Below, piece after piece: positions 1-11,851 of a stretch of DNA of 64,000 bases. This DNA is from Podarcis cretensis. Its lineage: Eukaryota. Numbering within the stretch: position 1 is the stretch's first letter; each line of letters begins with the position of its first letter. Both the position numbers and the translations under genes were made by a program. The DNA is taken from the NCBI GenBank assembly GCA_951804945.1, contig OX638152.1, positions 40,238,001-40,302,000 of the forward strand. Reading direction: 5' to 3'. The notes beneath the pieces are model-generated. The model was not told the DNA's origin, did no database searches, and saw only the letters and a list, made by a program, of their open reading frames with translations.

Positions 1-769
1 TCTCCCATACACAATTTTGACTGAGGAAAATTTTGCATAAACTGTTTCTTAACAGCAAAGAGACATCTGTCAAAAAGGACTTTCATCGGCTGGTCTTTCA
101 GCCTTCCCAGAATGCCTGTTGAGCCCTTGAGGGGGTGTAGTGGGCTTGGAGATAGATATATATATATAATATTCCTGATTCCCCCACCCCTTACAGTTTA
201 CAGAACCGCATGCAGTGTGTGGCAGGCATCCCACAGCTCAGAGGGCCCTATTTAAAATGCATTGTAGGTAGTAACTAAAATAAAATGACTTCCTTCTTCA
301 GCAAAAATGTCATAACTCTCTTTCATGGCTGAGTGGCTGTGAAACCATTCTCAAGGGGAGGGGCTGGTGTCAAATTATAAAACTGAGCTTGGTATAGCTT
401 TCATTATTTATGTGCATGTGCACTGAATTTTTCTAGTTTTTGCTCAGAGTTACAGCCTTCCCCTTAACATGCAACAAAGAGATACCTCCCACTCCCCCAC
501 AATTATACACTTATTTTATCCAAAAAATATTCAATTTGGATTATGTATTATTAATATTTAATAGTCCTTAAATATTTCATATTACAGTCTGAACACCTGT
601 GTGATTCACGGCCAGTGGTTCAGCATTCATTTAATAACTCTGGGATGGAACTCAAGACCACAAGTGTTTAAAAACTGTCCATTATAGCTGTTTCATCCAT
701 AATTTCTTGGCCTCTGACTCCAGTAGGAGGTCCTTGTGTGTGTGTGTTTGTGTATGAATTGCGTTTTGT

Positions 770-897
770 ATGAGAATTGTTATTGTTTTATGCAAATTTT
801 TAACAGTATTCATGTTTTTAAACGTAAGTCACTTGGAGACCTTGAGAAAATCCAAGTAATAAATCTAAATCTTAACAGAAAATAAAGGAATAAATAA
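770..897 (+). mobile_element. Degraded LINE (L2-like) 3' tail
   Basis: T-rich run followed by GTAAGTCACTTGGAGAC...TAATAAAT, resembling squamate L2 3' ends. Confidence 0.4.
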
Positions 898-1263
898 CAC
901 GAAGAACTGGACAGCTTGAAATATTGCAATTGGGGTAAGGATAAACATGGGATGTGCTACGTCCAATGCTGCAAACAGGGAGAGCTGCTACGGTGAGGGC
1001 CTCCAAATAGGGATAATGTTAAAGTCTAGAGTGACCCTAGATAAGACTAGCAAATCATGCTTCATATGAGATGGCCTCCTAATGAAGGGATGGGGAACCT
1101 TAGGCCCAGGTGCTGAATGTGTCCCTCCATGCCTTTCTTTCTGGCTCCTATAACTGTCTCTAGGCCGCTCCTTGACAGGACACTCTCCTGAGTCACCCTG
1201 CTTCACACCTTGCAAATTTTTGACCAGCTGTCCTGTGTCCTTGAATTATGATAATGTCTCTTA

Positions 1264-1839
1264 TGTCATGAAATGGCAGACTGTGGGGAGGAAGAAGAGG
1301 ATCCCGGTGAGGGATGGAGCTGGGACTGGGACACACTGGGGCAAGCTGGGGATGGGGGAGGAGAGGTTTGCATAGGAAGTACTCACAGGGTGACGGAGGA
1401 TGGCAAGGGGATGGAGGCCAATACACAGGAAGCAGAGCAGCAGGACCCATTCTGAGAGCCAGGGGAGCTGCTGTCTCCATAAACATAGCGGGCTCTGAGG
1501 TGTGGGGTGCTCCAGGAGGCAGAGGCAGGCAAGGGCCCACGGCGCAGTTCACTAGCTTTAGGAGGAAGTGTGTGAGTCCTCAGCTGGAGTAGGCTTGGAA
1601 CAGGTGAGGGTCACCTGCCTCATCAAACCCAGATGCTACAATCATCATGTTAAGTATAACTGGGCAGCAGAGTTGAAGTGCTGGGTCTGCTCAACTGCCT
1701 ATGTTGATAGACTTTAGCTCGAATGCACCAGGATCTCTGAGGCACTGTGCTTTGGTCTGGACTTTGGACACGTGGATTGACTCTGGACTGGGGACTTGAT
1801 ATCCTGACTTGCTGCCAACTAAGCCAGGGGTTCAGGACA
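1264..1839 (+). mobile_element. Solo LTR (Gypsy-like), 576 bp
   Basis: Starts TGTCATGA and ends TCAGGACA (7/8 inverted match, TG...CA); degenerate 5-bp flanks TCTTA/CCTTG; purine-rich 5' part and GGACT repeats in the 3' part. Confidence 0.6.
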
Positions 1840-1939
1840 CCTTGCTTGGGTATGTGTGGAAACTAGTCTATGATACAAAGGTTCTGTCCACTGTTCTGTC
1901 CATTTTTGCCTCTAGTCCCATCCATATTCTGGCCTCATA

Positions 1940-2191
1940 CAGTGGTACCTCTGGTTATGAACTTAATTCATTCCAGAGGTCCGTTCTTAACCTGAAACCG
2001 TTCTCAACCTGAGGTACCACTTTAGCTAGTGGGGCCTCCCGCTACCGCTGCACCGCTGGCGCAAGATTTCTGTTCTCATCCTTAGGTAAAGTTCTTAACC
2101 CGAGGTACTACTTCTGGGTTAGCAGAGTCTGTAACTCGAAGTGTTTGTAACCTGAGGTGTTAACCTTCAGTGGTAACCTGAAGTATCACTG
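1940..2191. mobile_element. Tc1/mariner-superfamily (Tigger/pogo-like) MITE
   Basis: TA|CAGTGGTACCT...AAGTATCACTG|TA; TA target duplication; same family as 8420-8661. Confidence 0.9.
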
Positions 2192-3256
2192 TATTTAAGG
2201 CCCCCAGAAATGAGGCCCTTGGGATGAAAAAGATCCCAACCCCTGACCTAATGGGAGTTCACATATTTAAAGTGTTGAGTGTCCACCCACACATTGTGAA
2301 GCCCTTATTTGCATCTCCTAGCTAGGCTTCCATTGGAGATAATATGCCTGACAGATAAGTGGAAATTATTTATGGTGACTGATGATGGCAGTACCATGCA
2401 TCCATGCAATCAAGTAATAGCTTGACATGATTTTATCCTAATTCTCTATCCCTAACAGAGACAGTTAGGGTCAGAAAATAAATCTCAAAAATCAATTGGG
2501 ACATTTTCACAAATCAAGAGAGATGAAAGCCAACAGAAGGGTAATTTGGATAACTTCAATGTGTGTTACATCAATGTGTGTTTGTTCAATGTACAGACAA
2601 GCCAATGAGAGGACAGCAAAAAAAATTATGGTGATTCTAGTTATGTGTAAATCTTCAAAGCAAAGACAGCACAGATGACCAAACTATAGATGACAGGGCT
2701 GCCACATACATTTTTTCCATGGATCTCTTCCATTTGCAATTAAAGTGGGGAATGCGAGAGGTCTATTTTGTTCTGGAAAATGTGCAATGGTGAGGCATCT
2801 AATCATAAGCCTGCATTTTTATCAAGCTTATATTTTTTGATCAAGGTTGTATCTTAAAAATGAGTTCAAATTCACAAATGATTCATGCCAGGCAGAAACT
2901 AGGCTGGCTAAGATATTGGCAGATGTTCATCCTCTTCCGCCAGAGAGGCCCTCTGGTTTATTGCGGTCATAAAAGGCTGAGCAGAGGTCACTGACCTTGC
3001 ATATTGCAGAGTACAATTAAGCTACAATTAAGTTGGTAAATAGTAAGAATTATTGTGCCTCCCATTAGAGACTTGAGCCACATTTTCCTAAGGGCAAGAG
3101 CTAATGGAAATAGGGAAAGAAAGTGTTTTTAAGTTTTTTCTTACTTTGAAAACGTCTTTGCTTATAAAAAAATATATATATTATGTATTAAAAATATATT
3201 GGCTTAAATGTAATTATGCAAAGGAATTAGAAGCTAAGAAATGTTAAATCCTTATG

Positions 3257-3414
3257 CTAGATTCTTATTTCATATAGTTGGAAGAGATCACAGGGGCCAT
3301 CAGCCACTAGCCTAGCCCCCCCTTTGCCAACCAGGAAAACACCATCAGAGCACTCTAGACAGATGGTTGTCAGGTTTTTGTTTAAAGGAACCTCCAATGA
3401 AGGAGATCCTTCAT
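3257..3414 (-). mobile_element. CR1 LINE 3' fragment
   Basis: AGTTGGAAGAGATC...GACAGATGGTTGTC...CCTCCAATGAAGGAG is the reverse of a CR1 3' end; similar to 5203-5438. Confidence 0.6.
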
Positions 3415-3535
3415 TGATGATGCGTACAAAAGATCTTTGATACCTGTTTAAAATAGAATTAGCCACCATCTGTTTTAGCCATCTGCTCTATTTTAGAATT
3501 AAGGGGGCAAAGGTGATTTGGTAATTAAGGTGCCT

Positions 3536-3881
3536 TGTAGAGGTTAATGGCTACTTGTTTGCCAATTATAAATATGGCTTTTATTTCCCATAAAAGGGCA
3601 AAAGGAAATGGGTGTATCTTTTGTGATTGGTTCTAGCAAACAGCCAATAGGAATTTCAACCAGGCTGATTGGACAGAGGCAGCCACAGGAGGAGCAAGGG
3701 GGCTGGATTAAGGAAATATAAGTGCTGGCCAGAATGGCAGGAGGCCAGGCCAGAGCTTGGTAACCATATACCACTGTGCCTCATATTTATTTGTCTGACA
3801 AATAAATTATTATTTTAATTTCTCTATTGCTGCGTTGAATATTTCATTCCAGCTAAGCGTTAACCACAAGCAGGGTGCTAC
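3536..3881 (+). mobile_element. Probable solo LTR (5' boundary uncertain)
   Basis: TGTAG...CTACA ends; several CCAAT/ATTGG boxes, TATAA at about 3717 and AATAAA at about 3801 in LTR order; no TSD seen. Confidence 0.5.
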
Positions 3882-4284
3882 AATGGGGGATGGGGGAATT
3901 AAAACATGCCCCTTTCCACTAACGTATCTCACTGTGTTCCATTATGCTGCACATTTTCTCTGAGTTCAGGTGTGGGAGTTGACTTGAAATTGTTTCAGGC
4001 ACTCTACCCCAACCTGGTGCACAATGGTTGTGAGGGCCAGGGATGATGAGCATTGTAGTCCCAAACACCTGAAGTGGAACACAGACAGGAAAGGTGATAG
4101 AAGAACCAGTTTCACTCACGTTCATGAAAAGAGGAGCCGCTCACCCTCCTCCATCCCTGCTTTACATGTGAACAGTGAAGACAGGGGTGACTGTCCTGTC
4201 ACATCCCATTGGGCCCGAAGCATGCTGCTATATCAAAATGGGAGATATTTGCCTAGCAATAGAGAATTGGTCAGCCATTACCCT

Positions 4285-4392
4285 GTTTAGGGAAGTTTTT
4301 AATGACTGCTGTTTTAATGTATTTTTAATATTTTGTTGGAAGCCACCCAGAATGGTTGGGGAAACCCAGCTAGACAGGCAGGGTATAAATAA

Positions 4393-4440
<48 letters not shown>
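4285..4440 (+). mobile_element. L2 LINE 3' tail with (ATT)n
   Basis: GGAAGCCACCCAGAATGGTTGGGGAAACCCAGCTAGA...GGGTATAAATAAA followed by about 15 ATT units; homologous to 29335-29445. Confidence 0.75.
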
Positions 4441-5202
4441 TCTAATATCATTGTCATCATCATGGAAAACTGTTTCTGCTATTTCTGGTTAAGTGCAAGT
4501 CTCTTTTTCTTTCTCTCCACTTACCCACTATTGCTTAGAAGACAATTGAATGAAGCTAATGACTAGTAGCAGACGCTTTCTGGTTAGTGCCAGTGACATA
4601 AACTGGACATCATTTACATTTTCCGAAGTTAACTCTGGTTGGATCAGACTGCAGAGTGTTTGATAGAGACACTGTATGAAAAACAACTCCTCCCTTGCCT
4701 ATAGCAGCATTTTAATAATTCTACTCTGATCACATGCTTGTCAGTTAAAACTAGGATAGCTGTGACAGTATATTTTTATTAAGACTACAGTATGTGTTTG
4801 TGTGCTTTGCTTTTAATTGGGGGAAATGATTATTTTTGCATGAGGTAGTTCAAATCCAGCATCAAGGGAATGGTTATGGCATTTCATCTCGTACTCTGTT
4901 TGGCAATACACAGCAGCTGCTGGTATTCTCCAAATTAATTTTCCTCACCTTCAGTAGCAGATGCCACCGTGGTGGCTGTAAAATACTGTGAGCTCTGGAG
5001 GTTTCAAAGATTAAAAACAAGCCAAAGTCAAAGCTGAAAATAAATAAATAAATGAGCACGAAAAGAAGCTATTTCCTGTATTAAGAGGATAGATTGCCTC
5101 TACTATGATTACATTGGTTCTTCACCTCTGCCCCCCCCCCCAATACATTTAAGTATAAGAATTGCACGGTATGGTTGTTTTGTGATAGCAGTTCCTGTGT
5201 TG

Positions 5203-5438
5203 GAATCAGAGAACTGGAGAGTTGGAAGGGCCATCAAGTCCAATCCCCTGAAATGCCAAAGCATCCCTAACAGATGGCCATCTGATTTCTGCTTTGAGAC
5301 CTTCAATGAAGGAGCGTTCACCACCTTCCAAAGTAGGTCACTGTCTACTTTCCACTGTCAAACAGCTATTATTGTCATGAAGTTCCTCCTAATGTTTAGT
5401 TGGAATCTTCGTTCTTGTAATTTGAATCCATTGGTTTG
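5203..5438 (-). mobile_element. CR1 LINE 3' fragment
   Basis: Minus-strand translation GFKLQERRFQLNIRRNFMTIIAV and VNAPSLKVSKQKSDGHL resembles the CR1 ORF2 C-terminus; GAATCAGAGAA tail. Confidence 0.8.
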
Positions 5439-5450
5439 GGTAAAGGTAGA

Positions 5451-5835
5451 AAGATGCGGGTGGCGCTGTGGTCTAATCCTCTTGGGCTTGCCGATCAGAA
5501 GGTCGGTGGTTCGAATCCCCGCAGCGGAGTGAGCTCCCATTGCTCGGTCCCAGCTCCTGCCAACCTAGCAGTTTGAAAGCACGCCAAAAAGTCCAAGTAG
5601 ATTAATAGGTACCGCTCCGGTGGGGAGGTAAATGGCATTTCCGTGCACTGCTCTGATGACAGTGTTCCGTTGTGCCAGAAGCGGCTTAGTCATGCTGGCC
5701 ATGTGACTCAGAAAAACTGTCTGAGGAGCAGACAAACGCCAGTTCCCTTGGCCTCTAAAGTGAGATGAGCGCTGCAACCCCAGAGTCGGTCATGACTGGA
5801 CTTAACTGTCAGGGGTCCCTTTACCTTTACCTTTA
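5451..5835 (+). mobile_element. Sauria SINE (Squam1), full length, older subfamily
   Basis: tRNA-like head GGTGGCGCTGTGG, B box GGTTCGAATCC, (ACCTTT)n tail. Confidence 0.92.
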
Positions 5836-5991
5836 AAAAGATAAAGGACCCCTGGATGGTTACGTCCAGTCAAAGGCAACTATGGGGTGCAGAGCTCATC
5901 TCGCTTTCAGGCCAAGGGAGCCAGCGTTTGTCCACAGACAGCTTTCCGGGTCATGTGGCTGGCCAGCATGACTAAACTGCTTCTGGCACAA
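5836..5991 (-). mobile_element. Sauria SINE 3' fragment, tail-to-tail with the previous copy
   Basis: Reverse complement aligns with 5670-5825; a leftover tail piece GGTAAAGGTA lies at 5439-5448. Confidence 0.85.
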
Positions 5992-8419
5992 TACTTAAAT
6001 TCCAGTCCTCATGTAGAATAACTGCTGATTAAACACTCCTCTAGCTGTTTTTAATCAAATTTGTTTTCAATGCAGCTTTTTAAACCTTTTCTTATATGAG
6101 GTCCCTTTCATCTTCCCTTTGTAAGTTTTATATTTGGATTCATGTAAGTCTGTAAAGAATGTATGAGTTTGCAGAATGTACCACACTTGTCTACATGCTT
6201 ACTTCTAGAAGCAGCTTATACGAATGGAAGTGTTCCACAGAGGGATTTTTTCTCACACACACTTTATTAAAATCCCATTATATTGTACATTTCCCTGCAC
6301 ACTTAGAAAGCAAGTAATTGACAAGGATTCCCTTTCCCCATTTGGCCTTTATGAACTGGCAGGTGAATGTCAGCATCAGTGATGACCTTTAAGAACATTC
6401 TACAATATCATTGTTTCTGACCAGAACAAGTCATAATAAGTTTAACTTCATCCATAAAATAGCAATGAAGCTGTGATGATTCATTTGGGCAAAAGGTGAG
6501 GGGGGAACGGTGAAGTCCATTGTTGTTCCTACTGTATTTCCAGAAATCACTGGTAGTTGGGCTACATACTTGCAACATGATCAGATGAATCGCAATCCTT
6601 CATAAAAGGTGCTTGTATATATTATAGCAGTACAGTAGGTTGTAGTACATGCCTCAAAGATCCATTGTTGAGGAATGCTCCCTTCCACTCATGGCATATG
6701 TAATATCTACAGCCTTTAATGGCAAGGAGGAGAATGATGTTATAAAGCTACATTAGTAGCACAGAAAAAGAGGAATAAATAAATTTAGCAGGCAACGGAT
6801 AATTAGGAAATGGGAAAAGAGGAGGAGAAAACAGACAGAGACTTGAGGGACAGATCTTAATTAAGGGAAGGAAGGTATCAGGGTCAAGTCTGCAGCTTGT
6901 TAGAGCCATTACAGAAGAAGATGGAAAGAATCTGGCAGCAATCCCAGTTAACGTTCAGAAACAGGAGGTTTCTGATTATCAGGAATGCTTGATAATTGCA
7001 GGGCTCTCTCTATGCGAGGCAGTATTTGGTAGCAACTGTTTAAATACCCTAGTAAAAGTATTTATTTATTTTTAGCCTTTGTATGCTGCCCAGTCAACCA
7101 TGTCCTCTTGGGGTTTCACAATTTAAAATCCATAAAATAAATATAATAACAATTCAAAGAATCGGCATAAAACAAGTGTAAATCAGTATAAAACCCATGA
7201 CTAACAGTGCCAGAATATGATTAACAAAAGTGTACCTGTGAGTGATTTTGGTTCTGTGTGTGTGAGCATTTGTGTGCAAGAGAGAAAGATTTTAAACAGA
7301 GAAATGACTTGTGATAGTCACCACTGATACAAGCACTTCAAACTTTGTCCCAGGCAGTTGCTACAGACTATAATACTATAGAAATGCTCTAGTTACCTAT
7401 CTGGAATAGATAGCGTGTGAAGCCAGCTTCAGGCTTGTCTTTTGTTTATGTTCCTGTTTCTTCAAAAATCAAAAGAAACTACAAGATACTTGTCAGCTTT
7501 CTCATTTCAGCTCATGTAACTGTGTCCTGGAATCCATATTATAACATATTTTATCTTGCCACCACACACTACTGAGAAACGTCAATACAAATGATAGAGT
7601 AGAAGACTACCTAACAGCTTCTCTCTATGTGTTGACCCCCATTGCTCCGAAGTCATACTGAAAACATTATCGCCTTTCTATGCCAGGAGGTTTTTCCTAG
7701 TCTCTGTTGCTTTCTCTGAAGATGTATTGTACTGTATAGCCCATATTTCCATTATCAAGGTTGGCAGGTTTGGAGCAGTGTTTCTAAAGGGTTTGTTAAG
7801 AAATTACCCAGAGACTGTTGTGTCTGGTGAAAAAAACAAACCTAGCTGACTGTAGGTTTTGTTACAAAATAAGATAGCATAAAAATAAGCACAAAGCTCA
7901 GTAATGTGGAAAGCAATGTCTTAATAGATGGAGCAACATGGAGTCAGTGGTTAATTGGATTTATTGTTAAAAATTAAAATAAATCCCTGCCCTTTCAAAA
8001 GCCGCATTTATGAAACAGCCTGTGCAGAAGAGATGATGAACACATGGAAACTAGGAGTTGGGCCCTACATTGCCATTTTGCTTCCTTGCCCTCCAAATAT
8101 GTAGAATGCATTCAGACGTGGCATTTATTGCATTAGTTTTATTGGTTATAATGCTAGAGCATCTGTCACAATTTCTAACATTCCTTTGATAATGCAGTGT
8201 TTATTTTTTCTCTTGTTGTTTTGGATGGGTGTAACATTTAAGTTAACTAAATGACTCTTAACGGTTCCCAATTTTTCCTAATTAATTCTTGGTAGGGTTT
8301 TTGGTATCTGACTCTGCTTCCATGTCCTAGCAAAGTAAATTCTTGCACAAGCTGCTGCATATTTGTGTTTAATATACCTTATTATTTAAATTGCATCGTG
8401 TATAATTTTAAAAGGCATA

Positions 8420-8661
8420 CAGTGGTACCTCGGGTTAAGTACTTAATTCGTTCCGGAGGTCTCTTCTTAACCTAAAACTGTTCTTAATCTGAAGCACCAC
8501 TTTAGCTAATGGGGCCTCCTGCTGCCGCCGTGCCTCTGGAGCATGATTTCTGTTCTTATCCTGAAGCAAAGTTTTTTCCCTGAAGCACTATTTCTGGGTT
8601 AGCAGGGTCTGTAACCTGAAGCATATGTAACCTGAAGCATATGTAACCAGAGGTACCACTG
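8420..8661. mobile_element. Tigger/pogo-like MITE
   Basis: TA|CAGTGGTACCTC...GAGGTACCACTG|TA, perfect 12-bp TIR and TA TSD. Confidence 0.92.
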
Positions 8662-8888
8662 TACTTGTTTCCACCTAAAATATTTTCTTAATGATTATTC
8701 TAACCATTTGCCAAAATATTTTCGCTTTCCTACACCTACATCACATATGAAAAAGATATCCCTTTTCCTCACGACAGATACAGCATTTTCCATCCTCCAC
8801 CCAGAGATGCCATTTTAATGCAGTTTTCCTTAAAAATGGTTGCAACTGAAAAGTCAGATCATTCCCTAAAGACTCTCCTCCCTGAAAT

Positions 8889-9642
8889 AGAGGGGAGTGG
8901 TTGTGGGCGGGAGCCTGAACACCGCCCCTAGCAGGGGGCGTAGCCCCCTGCCTCCAGCTCACCTGGCTGGCGCTCACGCCCCCCCGGTGGCCGTCCAACC
9001 AGGTGCCGTGGGGGGGGGGGGGCGCGTGTCCAGCAGCCTTGATGCTGCAGCGTCAGCCTCTCCCTGGCCTCATTTCTCTTCGTCGTCCTGTGCGAGTCAC
9101 CCACCCTCCACTCCCATTGAGTTAGGGCTTAGGTTATTGGCCTTGCTATGGACCTTAGGTTGGTCGCCCCGGTTGCACGGGGGGCCTGGTAGGAGTTTTT
9201 CCATTTGGCATTAGACTTTTGGGTTTTTTCGCCTACCTCGTAGCAATCGTCACAACTTTTGTGGTATTGGTGGGTAGGTTAGGCATTGGAATAATGTGCT
9301 GTGGTGTGTCGAAGTGCTAGGTGTGGCCATCGCCTATGCCTTCAATGTTTAGTGGTATTCCGTTAAAGGAATCTGGCGGTCGTGTATTCTGTCCAATGCC
9401 TGCTTGGCGGGAGGCCATGGCACGACCCTCGGTGACAGCAGGGGTGAGCCTATAGTTGGATTAGCATCAACAGGTGATGAACCCCTGGTGAATAAACCCA
9501 CTTGTTTCGCAATCCAATGCCTAAGCCAATACCTTTTCATTGCTGTAATCAATAAAGTTGTGGCCTTTTCTAGCCCATTAACTTTATATCACGTGTCCCT
9601 GTGTCTTCTTTTCACGTCGCGGTGGTCGGGTCCTCGAACCAC
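8889..9642 (+). mobile_element. Young GC-rich retroelement terminal repeat (LTR-like; Gypsy vs Ngaro/DIRS unresolved)
   Basis: Sharp GC/CpG-rich block in AT-rich DNA; AATAAAGTTGTGGCC poly(A) signal at 9551 with GU-rich downstream element; AAAT on both sides; diverged homolog at 32680-33260. Confidence 0.7.
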
Positions 9643-9695
9643 AAATTTCCAGATTTCCATTCTCATTTCTTTTGCATGTCTATGTTCCACTTCAA

Positions 9696-9723
9696 CACAC
9701 ACACACACACACACACACACACA
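9696..9723. repeat. (CA)n microsatellite
   Basis: Direct reading. Confidence 0.95.
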
Positions 9724-11283
9724 TTTACAATGAGAAATATTCAACCATGTAGTTATGTTAGCGCAACAATTTTAGCTGTATCTCTCCCTACCCCCATCTA
9801 CTTCATTGTGGCAATGAAGATAGTACAAAAATGAAGTAGTCGCCATGGCAGCAGAATCAGCCATTTTTAAAAAAAGGATGCAGAAGTTCTGGAATGGGGT
9901 AGATTAACATTATATCTCTCTTTCTCTCAGCAAGTGTGTAGATGTAAACCTAAAGCAATGTGACTTTGGAAGGGTTGGACTCAAGGAAATAAATTTTACT
10001 TGGCATTTCTGTGAATAAAGCAAATCCATCTCTCAAAATCTTTGCAGATGCTATCTCACCATGCACTCTGCTTCCCAAAACAAGATTTGAATTTCACAAA
10101 TGAAATTAGAGTGGCAAGGCCTTGCCCTGAATAGAAACTAATCCTTCAGAGTCTTTACCCTGAAGCTGCTCATGTAATCTACAAACTTGTTAATGTGCAA
10201 GTTTTGCTAATTCACTCACAATAACCTGTAATATTAATGCAGGCAAGTGTCAATATTAACATTCAGTATTAGATGCATAAAATGCTTCCTGTTTGCCTTT
10301 TAAATAATAAAAAATGTGCACTGTAAGATTCAGGTATATCACTCTGAAATTTGTATTTTATTCGAGCAATCCAGATCTCATTACATTAGGCAAACACTGT
10401 ACTAGCGGAAAGTGGATCATGTAAATACCTCTAATATTATTCATGAATTTTCCCTTCTGCAGTGGGTTGAAAATATGCTACAGATATTCTCTTATAAATG
10501 ACCTTGTTTAAGTTTTAGTATTGTATTCCTATATATTTTCATTACTATTTAAGAGGCTTTGATTTACTTCGCTAGGTGTGATTTAATATTTCCCTGTTCT
10601 TACTGTTCATCTGCATTTTCACTATATTTTAGTTCCTTTTCTTCCCCATATCCTCTCCAGACCTTGCTGGTCTGTTGTCGCTGATTTCTATCACTGGTTT
10701 GAACTGCCACCTATACTTAATACATTTAGCCTTAGACAAAGTTTTAATGTAGCTTTTAAAAATCAGTCCATAAGTTATGACTACTTTTTGCTGTGTCATC
10801 CACTGGTAGAAATGAGCCCATTAAATACTTGTTATAAGCTGTCTTGCAGTGTAATGCCGCTAGTATATTGGCTGCAGGGAAAATAAGACTTGCTGTTAAA
10901 ACACTTCAGAGCATAGAAAGAGAGGTGTACATGCCATGTATAGTAATGTCATTGCAATCACCTTAGGGCACTGAACTTGTCTTGGTTTTTTAAAAAATCC
11001 TATTAGCAGAAAATGGTGCTTTTGATGAGCTTTTAGAATTCATAATAGATATATGTCTCATGAAAACATGCATGACAAGAGAGATATTTTATTTAATCCA
11101 CATATATGAACAGACTCTCTCTCTAGTCTGCTCACACATGTGGACAACATCCTCATGTATACATACATGTACAGACATCATTGCTTACTATGATAGGAAT
11201 GAGTCTATCCTCATATGCTTTCCCCTCTCCACTCCTCCTCCAGATGCTTTTGTTCCTAATTATCCAAGTTTAATGCAGGTTTA

Positions 11284-11712
11284 ATGAGAGCTGGACCATA
11301 AAGAAGGCTGATCGCCGAAGAATTGATACTTTTGAATTATGGTGCTGGAGGAGACTCTTGAGAGTCCCATGGACCGCAAGAAGATCAAACCTATCCATTC
11401 TGAAGGAAATCAGCCATTCTGAAGGAAATCAGCTCACTGGAAGGACAGATCCTGAAGCTGAGGCTCCAATAATTTGGCCACCTTATGAGAAGAGAAGACT
11501 CCCTGGAAAAGACCCTGATGTTGAGAAAGATGGAGGGCACAAGGAGAAGGGGATGACAGAGGACGAGATGGTTGGACAGTGTTCTTGAAGCTACAAACAT
11601 GAGTCTGACCAAGCTGCGGGAGGCAGTGGAAGACAGGGTGCGTGGCGTGCTCTGGTCCATGGGGTCACGAAGAGTCGGACACGACTAAACGACTAAACAA
11701 CAACAACAACAA
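11284..11712 (+). mobile_element. Bov-B (RTE clade) LINE, 5'-truncated 3' end
   Basis: Encodes ESWTIKKADRRRIDTFELWCWRRLLRVPWTARRSN; ends GTCGGACACGACTAAACGACTAAA(CAA)n; TSD-like AATGCAGG(T/A)TT; internal 19-bp tandem duplication CATTCTGAAGGAAATCAGC. Confidence 0.95.
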
Positions 11713-11714
11713 TG

Positions 11715-11851
11715 CAGGATTGGAGAACCTATGATGCTCCAGATGTTGGTAAACTGCAATTGCCAGATCTCTGGCCATTGGTTATCCAGGCTAGGGCTGA
11801 TTGGATTTGGAATCCAAGAACATCTGGACAGCCAGGCATCCCTTACCCTTA
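11715..11851. mobile_element. Short hAT MITE (about 130-bp family), left end hit by Bov-B
   Basis: Internal CCAGATGTT...AACATCTGG inverted pair; 8-bp TSD GTTTAATG (11268) / GTTTCATG (11852). Confidence 0.65.

Noticed and set aside
4949-4975. 27-bp minus-strand microexon candidate (TTVASATE)
   Set aside because: Weak pyrimidine tract and too short to assess without expression data
6380-6420. GTGATGA...CTGA as a C/D snoRNA
   Set aside because: Boxes only about 30 nt apart and no convincing terminal stem
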